Made by a program: the position numbers and the translations under genes
The notes under the pieces: generated by a model
Told to the model about the DNA's origin: nothing
What the model saw: only the letters and a program-made list of their open reading frames with translations
Databases searched by the model: none
Source of the DNA: Chthonomonadales bacterium
Lineage (GTDB): Bacteria > Armatimonadota > Chthonomonadetes > Chthonomonadales > CAJBBX01
NCBI GenBank assembly: GCA_038229495.1
Contig: JBBROJ010000009.1
Span: 4,342-68,341, forward strand
DNA length: 64,000 nt
Direction of reading: 5' to 3'
In this document: positions 57,295-64,000 of the stretch, one piece after another
Layout: every line of letters starts with the position of its first letter
How positions within the stretch are numbered: the first letter of the stretch is position 1

Positions 57295-58560
57295 ATGCGA
57301 AAACGCAACCTTCATCTTCCGACCATCCTCCTTGCAGTTTCAACGCTTGTAGCCGGATCAATGGCGGCTGCCCACGGCCAGGACAACGTGCCCCCGAAAC
57401 CGGCAAAGGAGACGTACGCGCCCGACATCAAGCCGGAGGCCCTCTGGGATGGGCGCAAGATGGCTCCGTTCAAATCTCTTGACGATCCGAAGATGGTGAA
57501 GGCTGCCGATGCCGATTTCCTGGACGACTCCGAGTATGTGCTCGGAGCAGCCCATCACGGAGAGAATCGCGCCTATCCTACACGCTTTATTTGGTGGCAT
57601 CACGCTGTCAATGACGCCATCGGGCTGCCCGAAAAGGGCGGTAAGACGCCGGTGGCAATCACGTATTGCAGTGTCTGCAATACCGGCATCGCTTATGACC
57701 GCCGCCTCGACGACACAGGGATTAAGCACGAGATCATGCCGGAGATCAAGCTCGACTTCTACGGGCTTTACAACGGCGTTGCCGCCCTCTGCGAGCGTGA
57801 GTCGGGCAGCGCTTTCTTGCAAGGGGAGGGCCGCTTCGTGACCGGTCCATTGTCCGGCAAGTCGCTGAAGATGCTCTCGCTGCTGGATACGACCTGGGGT
57901 GAGTGGAAAAAACTCCATCCGGACACCCTCGTAATGTCGCCGGACAATTCGTTCAGTAAAAACTACCGTCCCAGGGACAAACCGGAGCCGCGTGGCTACG
58001 AGTTCTTCCCCGCGCCGTTTTTCAAGCCTACCGTCACGCGGGGCGACAAGCGGCTGCCTCCCTTCGATAAAGTCCTCGGCGTTACGCTCGCAGCCGGAGA
58101 AAAGTCGGTCGGAGAAAAGACAGCGGAGGGCGAATTGAAGAACCTTCGCCGAGCCTATCCGATCAAGGTTCTGGCGGAGGCGGGCGGCGCCGTGAACGAT
58201 CAGCTTGGCGGCACGCCGCTTACGGTCTTTCTACAGTCATCCTCTACCACTGCCGGCGCGTTCTTGCGAAAACTCGATGGGAAGACGCTGACGTTCGAGG
58301 CGCGCAAGCAGAATGACGGCAAGGTGGCATTCTTCGATAAGGAGACGGGTTCGCGGTGGAATATCGAGGGGAAAGCGGAAGAGGGAACGCTCGCGGGAAA
58401 GTCTCTTCAGCGCATCGACAACAACCTGAGCCAGTGGTACGGTTGGGCTGCTTATTTCCCCGATACGTCGATTTTCGGCCGCGCCGACCCGCCGCAGCCG
58501 GGAAATCCGTTCGACCAGCCCGGCGTGGGAGATCGGCCCGTGGCTCCGGCCAAGCCATAA
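57295..58560 (+). CDS. DUF3179 domain secreted protein
   Basis: RAYP, HHAVND, TYCSVCNTG, TTWGEWKKLHPDT, DKETGSRWN, WYGWAAYFPDT. Confidence 0.88.
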   Translation: MRKRNLHLPTILLAVSTLVAGSMAAAHGQDNVPPKPAKETYAPDIKPEALWDGRKMAPFKSLDDPKMVKAADADFLDDSEYVLGAAHHGENRAYPTRFIWWHHAVNDAIGLPEKGGKTPVAITYCSVCNTGIAYDRRLDDTGIKHEIMPEIKLDFYGLYNGVAALCERESGSAFLQGEGRFVTGPLSGKSLKMLSLLDTTWGEWKKLHPDTLVMSPDNSFSKNYRPRDKPEPRGYEFFPAPFFKPTVTRGDKRLPPFDKVLGVTLAAGEKSVGEKTAEGELKNLRRAYPIKVLAEAGGAVNDQLGGTPLTVFLQSSSTTAGAFLRKLDGKTLTFEARKQNDGKVAFFDKETGSRWNIEGKAEEGTLAGKSLQRIDNNLSQWYGWAAYFPDTSIFGRADPPQPGNPFDQPGVGDRPVAPAKP

Positions 58561-58584
58561 GAGCGGTTGCATGCAAACACAAGC

Positions 58585-59772
58585 CTATGGGCCCTTGTAA
58601 GAGCGGATATAGTGGTCGGCCATTATCGTCTCGACATCGCTGCCGGCCAGCGCCTGCCTCTGCGGCATGTGGCACGGAATGCAGCCGGAGTGCGGATTCA
58701 CCGGGCACTTCTTCCCGTGAACCGCGCTCGCGGGCGGCGCACTCGGAGCTTGCGCCGCCGGGCTGTGACAGCGCAGGCATGCAGCCTCATACATCTTCCG
58801 GGCCGGGCTTGCATCCGTATGCGGCGTATGGCAGGTGAGGCAGGAGAGCGTGTCGCCGCTCTTCTGGAAGCATTCGCTCAGCATCAGGCCGTAAGGCTGA
58901 AACCGCGCGGTGAGTGAGCTATTCGGCGGGAGCTTGTGCGCATCCTCTGCCGTGCGATGGCAGCTGCCGCACAGCATATTGAGCCGCTGGGCGCCCCAGC
59001 TGCCCAGCCGTTCCATCTGGCCAGCGGTCTTATCTTTCGCGCGAATGGCTTTGACGTGCGCGCTTCCGGGGCCGTGGCAGGATTCGCAGCCTACCCCCTG
59101 AAAGCGATGTGCAGGGACTTCCGCCGTCGTAACGGTAGTCACGGCATGGCAATGAATACACTTCCCAGCCGTCTCGCCTGTATAGTCGTGGCCAAGATAG
59201 TGTGGCTCCCTATGATCTTCGTGCCCCGGCGTCGTCCGCCAAGCGCGTTTTTTGGGGAAATAGCTGGAGCGCATCTCGAAAACGGCCTGGGGATCCATCA
59301 CAGAGATAAACGTAATGCCCGTTTTGCCGGACCCCAAAGCAAGCTGTAGCTCTATTGCGTTCGCCCTTTCGCCCGGAGACGCGACGCAGAGCTTACCATC
59401 TGCCTCAACGAAGCCGCAGTCCGAATCCGGAAGTGCGCCTGTTGCCGGCGTCAGTGTCCCCATGCCGGAGCGTGTAGCGGGGCGCATCGTGGCTGCGTGG
59501 CGGCTCTTGCGGTGCTCGCGAAACTCGTTCGCATGGCATTCTTTGCAAGATTCGCTCCCCACAAACTCCGTATTCGAGGCTGCCGAGGTCAAGCCTCCGA
59601 GCGCCAGGCTCGCCGCTTTCACCGATGGAGCAAGAGGCTTCGCTTCTCGGTTCTGGCATCCTGCCGCGAGCAGCAGCAGGCCGGCGGAAGATGCCATCAA
59701 TAGGAAAACGGAACATAGTGCAATGGCGCTGCGCGCGCGGCAGCGTACGAGCGTAGAGGAAACTGCGGCCAT
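58585..59772 (-). CDS. Multiheme c-type cytochrome (c554/c552-like), probable lipoprotein
   Basis: Seven CxxCH motifs (CKECH, CIHCH, CESCH, CGSCH, CLTCH, CLRCH, CIPCH) and lipobox-like AAGC. Confidence 0.9.
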   Translation of the reverse strand: MAAVSSTLVRCRARSAIALCSVFLLMASSAGLLLLAAGCQNREAKPLAPSVKAASLALGGLTSAASNTEFVGSESCKECHANEFREHRKSRHAATMRPATRSGMGTLTPATGALPDSDCGFVEADGKLCVASPGERANAIELQLALGSGKTGITFISVMDPQAVFEMRSSYFPKKRAWRTTPGHEDHREPHYLGHDYTGETAGKCIHCHAVTTVTTAEVPAHRFQGVGCESCHGPGSAHVKAIRAKDKTAGQMERLGSWGAQRLNMLCGSCHRTAEDAHKLPPNSSLTARFQPYGLMLSECFQKSGDTLSCLTCHTPHTDASPARKMYEAACLRCHSPAAQAPSAPPASAVHGKKCPVNPHSGCIPCHMPQRQALAGSDVETIMADHYIRSYKGP

Positions 59773-59775
59773 CGA

Positions 59776-61938
59776 TCAATTCCCCGAGGGCTTCATATTG
59801 AGGGCGCGTATGAGAAACGCCCACATGTCCGCGTATTCTTCGATAATCTTCGTGGTCGGCTTGCCGCCGCCATGGCCCGCTTTCGTCTCTACCCGAATCA
59901 GGACCGGTTTATCGCCCGCCTGCGCAGCCTGCATCGCCGCGGTGAATTTGTAGCTGTGAGCCGGGACCACGCGGTCGTCATGATCGCTGGTAGTTACCAT
60001 TGTCGCCGGGTACTTCGTGCCGGAACGGACGTTGTGGAGCGGCGAATACTTGATAAGCGTTTCGAAGTCCGCCTTATTGTCCGACGAGCCGTAGTCACTG
60101 GTCCAAGCCCATCCAATCGTGAACTTTTGGAAGCGGAGCATATCCATTACGCCGACCGCGGGCAGCGCCGCCCCGAAGAGGTCCGGACGCTGGGTTATGC
60201 AGGCTCCCACGAGCAGACCGCCGTTGCTTCCGCCGTGAATCGCCAGCTTCGAAGTGGACGTGTAACCGTTCTTGATGAGCCATTCGCCCGCCGCGATGAA
60301 GTCGTCGAACACGTTCTGCTTATTCTTCAGTCGTCCCGCGTCGTGCCAGTCCTGCCCATACTCGCCGCCGCCTCGGAGGTTTGCCACGGCATACACGCCG
60401 CCCATCTCCATCCAGACCAGGTCCGTCACCGAGAAGCCCGGCGTTATGGAAATATCGAAACCGCCATATCCGTAGAGCAGAGTCGGATTCGCGCCGTCGA
60501 GCTTCAGACCCTTCTTGTGCGTAATGAACATCGGAATCCGCGTGCCGTCCTTGCTCTTGTAGAATATCTGCTTCGCTTCATACTCATTTGGGTTGAAGGA
60601 GACGTTGGGCTTTCGGTATACCTCGCTCGTCCCCGATGTCACGTCGTACCGATAGACCGTGGCCGGCGTGGTAAAGCTGCTATACGTGTAGAAGGTCTCT
60701 TTCTCTCTGCGTTTTCCGCCAAAACCATGCACCGAGCCGATGCCCGGGAGCGTAACCTCCTCGAGCGGTTTTCCGTCCAGCGCGAAGGTCTGAATACTGG
60801 AGTGAGCGTCCTTGAGGTACTGCGCAAAGAACCGATCTCCCACGACACTGACCGCGTCGAGAAGCGCGCTTGTTTGCGGGATAATCTCCTTCCAGCTCGC
60901 CTGCTCGGGTTTTCGCGTGTCGATTGCGATCAGCTTGTGACGTGGGGCCTCCTTATCGGTAAGGAACCAGAAAACCGGGCCGTCGTTGTCGATGAAGGTG
61001 TACTTCGCGTCCGCATTCGGGAGAAGCTCGACGACGGGAGTCTCCTTTCCGAGCGCAGGGTTTTTGGGGTCCTTCAGGTCCTTATAAAACAGGCGATTCG
61101 TGGGGTCTGTTCCGCGCGAAACTGAAATGATTAAGTAGCGGCCGTCTTCCGTCACGCCGCCGCCGAATCCCCATTCTTTCTGGTCGGGCCGCTCGTAAAC
61201 CAGCGCGTCCTCCGATTGCGGCGTGCCGACGCGATGATAGCAGAGCTTTTGATAGAAGTTCTGTTTTGTCAGTTCTTCTCCGGATTTCGGCGCATCATAT
61301 CGGCTGTAGAAGAACCCCTTGTGGTCATGCGTCCAGGACGCGCCGGAGAATTTCGTCCAGTGAATGTCGTCGTCGAGGTCCTTTCCCGTCTCCACATCGC
61401 GGACCTTCCACTCCTGCCAATCGGACCCGGAGCGTTGGGTGCTGTACGCGCACCGCTTTCCATCCTCGCTGACGGCGGTTTCGCCGAGCGCTACCGTTCC
61501 GTCCGCCGACATCGTGTTCGGGTCGATGAGAATCTGTCCCGGATCGGTTAGCGATCTGGATGAATAGAGGACGTATTGATTCTGGAGGCCGGTGTTCCGC
61601 CTGTAAAAGTATCTGCCGCCGACCTTGCGGGGCGCGCCGAACTTCTCGTAGTTCCACAGCTTCGTGAGGCGGTCTTTGATCTTGTCGCGGCCGGGGATGG
61701 ACGCCAGGTAGCCGAAGGTTACCTTGTTCTGCGCCTCCACCCACTCCTTTGTCTCTGCGCTGTTGGCATCTTCCAGCCAGCGGTAAGGGTCCGGCACCTT
61801 CGTGCCGTGGTAATCCTCCACCACGTCGCCTTTACGCGTGAGGGGGTAGCTTAACTTTGCATCATTCTGGGCGGCCCGCAGGCCGCTTTGCATAAGAGTC
61901 ATAGCCAATATTGCCGGAAGGGCCGCGAGTAATCGCAT
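59776..61938 (-). CDS. Prolyl oligopeptidase (S9A), secreted
   Basis: DPYRWLED, GGSNGGLL, DHDDRVVP, AGHGGG and a signal peptide. Confidence 0.97.
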   Translation of the reverse strand: MRLLAALPAILAMTLMQSGLRAAQNDAKLSYPLTRKGDVVEDYHGTKVPDPYRWLEDANSAETKEWVEAQNKVTFGYLASIPGRDKIKDRLTKLWNYEKFGAPRKVGGRYFYRRNTGLQNQYVLYSSRSLTDPGQILIDPNTMSADGTVALGETAVSEDGKRCAYSTQRSGSDWQEWKVRDVETGKDLDDDIHWTKFSGASWTHDHKGFFYSRYDAPKSGEELTKQNFYQKLCYHRVGTPQSEDALVYERPDQKEWGFGGGVTEDGRYLIISVSRGTDPTNRLFYKDLKDPKNPALGKETPVVELLPNADAKYTFIDNDGPVFWFLTDKEAPRHKLIAIDTRKPEQASWKEIIPQTSALLDAVSVVGDRFFAQYLKDAHSSIQTFALDGKPLEEVTLPGIGSVHGFGGKRREKETFYTYSSFTTPATVYRYDVTSGTSEVYRKPNVSFNPNEYEAKQIFYKSKDGTRIPMFITHKKGLKLDGANPTLLYGYGGFDISITPGFSVTDLVWMEMGGVYAVANLRGGGEYGQDWHDAGRLKNKQNVFDDFIAAGEWLIKNGYTSTSKLAIHGGSNGGLLVGACITQRPDLFGAALPAVGVMDMLRFQKFTIGWAWTSDYGSSDNKADFETLIKYSPLHNVRSGTKYPATMVTTSDHDDRVVPAHSYKFTAAMQAAQAGDKPVLIRVETKAGHGGGKPTTKIIEEYADMWAFLIRALNMKPSGN

Positions 61939-62106
61939 ATCCCTATTCCTTTCGCGTCAAAATTGCATCAGTCAAGCATGATAACAGGCTTCAACCGCTT
62001 TGGTTTCATTAGACCCCTCGCAAATATCACGTTGCGCCAGCAAACGAGTGAATGAATTCACTCGCTGGAAGGCCTGCGGCCAGTCGTCCTCACGGACGAA
62101 AGCCAC

Positions 62107-62319
62107 TTATGCAAGAATTCTGTTGAATTCCTTTACCGTGGCAACATCTTCTTCGGAAGCCTGCTCCCACAGGCGCAGCTCTTCCTGAAGCGACGGTGAA
62201 ATCTCGATCAATTCGCATCGCAACGTATGTAATAACAACTCTTCCGTAGATAATCCGGCGCGAGGCGCCAAGTCCGTCGCAGCGAACGCGATTTCGTCCG
62301 GTACGTCCAGTGTCAGTGA
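62107..62319 (-). pseudogene. Probable orphan antitoxin-like gene or TA remnant
   Basis: MSLTLDVPDEIA...LQEELRLWEQASEED resembles small RHH-type antitoxins. No intact toxin follows. Confidence 0.45.
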
Positions 62320-62353
62320 CATGTTCTCGCACATTCTCCGTAATCGTTGAAGG

Positions 62354-64000
62354 TTAATGATTGAATAGAAACTCTCTATCCGTCAGCACCGCCCAAAAGA
62401 GGTCTTCCAGCGCGGGGCGGCGCACCTCCCGCCACTTCGCTTCCGAATCGAGCGGGTCGGGACGGCTCGCGGCCAGCACGGGAAGCAGTTTCGTCCTCTC
62501 CGCCTGCGTGGGACGGCGTGACAGCGCGGAAAGATAAAGGGCGTCCAAAGTCTCCTCATCATCCGCCTGGGTACGCACGAGCCCGTCGATGAACCCGCCC
62601 GCCGCCCGCAGCTTCATGTTTACCGTGTCGCCGTTTGCAAGATGAAGCGCCTGCGCAACGCTGGGCTCCTGGGTCCGCTCGCACGAACAGGTCTGCTCCC
62701 GCTGGGGTCGCCCGAACGCGCTCAAAAAGTAGGTCGACACCTGCGAATCCCGAAGCTGAAGCGCGCGCGTTCCTTTCGGATTGCCGGGGAAATCAGTCGG
62801 TACGCCGGTCACCTGGGAGTAGGCGTCCAGAAGAGCCTCGGCGGACAGGCGGCGAACGATGTAGTGCGAGTAGTAGCGGTCATCCTTCACATTGATTCCA
62901 ACGGGCGCAGCAGAACGCTGATACGCGTCGGAGAGCATAATCTTGCGAATCAGCCCCTTTACGTCGAAGCCGCCGGAGATGAAGTCCTTAGCCAGCGCAT
63001 CGAAAAGTTCCTGATTCGAGGGTGGATTCGTCAGCCGCAGGTCGTCCTCCGCCTCGACCAGTCCCCGGCCCATCAGGCTCTTCCATACGCGGTTTATCAG
63101 CGCCTTCCCAAAGTAGGGATTATCCGGCGCGGTCAGCCAGTCGGCCAGCAGCTTCCTTCGGTCGCCCGGATCGTCGAGGCCCATTTCGGGGCCGTCCAAC
63201 GGCTGTGGAGGCAGCGGCGCGCCGAGCCGGGGGAGGTTGATGTTGCCGTCCGTCGCTACTACTGCAAGAACTTCTCCCGCTCTGTCCCCGTTTTTCAGCC
63301 GGACGCGGGACAGCGTGTTCGCCATGCGATAGTATTGATTCTGGGTCCACTTCTCCATCGGGTGGTTGTGGCACCGCGCGCACTGAACCGACATACCGAG
63401 GAACGCCTGCGTAGTCGTTTCCGTCAGGTCGATCGGCTCTTTATGGAGAATCCAGTAGTTCGCCGCGCCGTTTTCCAGATTGCTGCCCGAAGCGGTCAGG
63501 ATCTCCCGCGCCAACCTGTCCCACGACTTGTTCCGTTCCACGCCCGTGCGGAGATAGTTGTAGAAGGAAGTGAGCGCAGTCCCGTTCAGCTTCTTGCTGG
63601 AAACCAGGAACAAATCGCTCCATTTGTAGGTCCAGTAGTCCACGAACTCGGGCCGGGAGAGCAGCGAATCTATCAGCTTCGCTCGCCTGTCCGGCGATCT
63701 ATCGGCGAGAAATGTCTCGACCTCGCGCGGCTTCGGAAGTATGCCGGCGGCGTCAATGTAGGCCCGCCGAATGAACTCGTTGTCGGAACATAGTGGTGAT
63801 ACCGGAAGATTCAGAGAGTTAAGTTTACGCTCAATCAACGAATCGATGAACGACTTATTATTATTAATCGTGGGGAACACGGGGGACACAGGGAGAGCGG
63901 ACCCTGCGTTTCCTCTTGTCCCCCGTGCTCCCCGTGGTTCAATCTCCCCCGTTTGGAACGGCGAGACGATGCGGGCGAAGGCGACTTTGCTGTTGAACCA
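62354..64000 (-). CDS. DUF1549/DUF1553 domain protein (5' end outside the window)
   Basis: FIRRAYID, FLGMSVQCARCHNHP, NRVWKSLMGRGLVE, RRLSAEALLD, CSCER. The frame stays open to the window edge. Confidence 0.95.
   Translation of the reverse strand, partial: WFNSKVAFARIVSPFQTGEIEPRGARGTRGNAGSALPVSPVFPTINNNKSFIDSLIERKLNSLNLPVSPLCSDNEFIRRAYIDAAGILPKPREVETFLADRSPDRRAKLIDSLLSRPEFVDYWTYKWSDLFLVSSKKLNGTALTSFYNYLRTGVERNKSWDRLAREILTASGSNLENGAANYWILHKEPIDLTETTTQAFLGMSVQCARCHNHPMEKWTQNQYYRMANTLSRVRLKNGDRAGEVLAVVATDGNINLPRLGAPLPPQPLDGPEMGLDDPGDRRKLLADWLTAPDNPYFGKALINRVWKSLMGRGLVEAEDDLRLTNPPSNQELFDALAKDFISGGFDVKGLIRKIMLSDAYQRSAAPVGINVKDDRYYSHYIVRRLSAEALLDAYSQVTGVPTDFPGNPKGTRALQLRDSQVSTYFLSAFGRPQREQTCSCERTQEPSVAQALHLANGDTVNMKLRAAGGFIDGLVRTQADDEETLDALYLSALSRRPTQAERTKLLPVLAASRPDPLDSEAKWREVRRPALEDLFWAVLTDREFLFNH
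63866..63939. repeat. REP-like palindrome inside the DUF1549/1553 coding sequence
   Basis: AATCGTGGGGAACACGGGGGACA (63866-63888) / TGTCCCCCGTGCTCCCCGTGGTT (63917-63939). Confidence 0.8.

Overview
A GC-rich bacterial chromosomal window made mostly of core genes. It holds gyrA, tdk, secA, thyX, the dcw cluster (mraZ-rsmH-ftsL-ftsI-murE-mraY-murD-ftsW-murG-murC-ftsQ-DUF881-sbp-ftsA-ftsZ, with no murF, murB or ddl), vanW, cysE, tsaB/tsaE and kdsC. It also encodes many secreted proteins of Planctomycete-like families (DUF1501, DUF1549/DUF1553, PQQ propeller, ThuA-like, multiheme cytochrome). A Firmicutes-like dcw layout together with kdsC and these families suggests Armatimonadota, but this is inference only. 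I found no rRNA, tRNA, CRISPR array, integrase or transposase. The observations most worth following up are these. (1) secA has a long, structured leader with mutually exclusive helices, preceded by a secreted protein with three RAP-motif repeats. (2) A signal-peptide/CxxCH cytochrome domain is fused to a glutathione peroxidase. (3) Two unrelated antitoxin genes are each interrupted by an in-frame TAG at a normally conserved residue. (4) A diverged duplicate of the gyrA 3' end brackets a small nuclease-like islet. (5) Tandem NrdR-like boxes lie upstream of the MraZ-box dcw promoter. (6) Many REP/MITE-like palindrome families are present, including nested copies and one inserted in-frame in a gene. 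The supplied ORF track mislabels the strand of 54535..55530, which lies on +.
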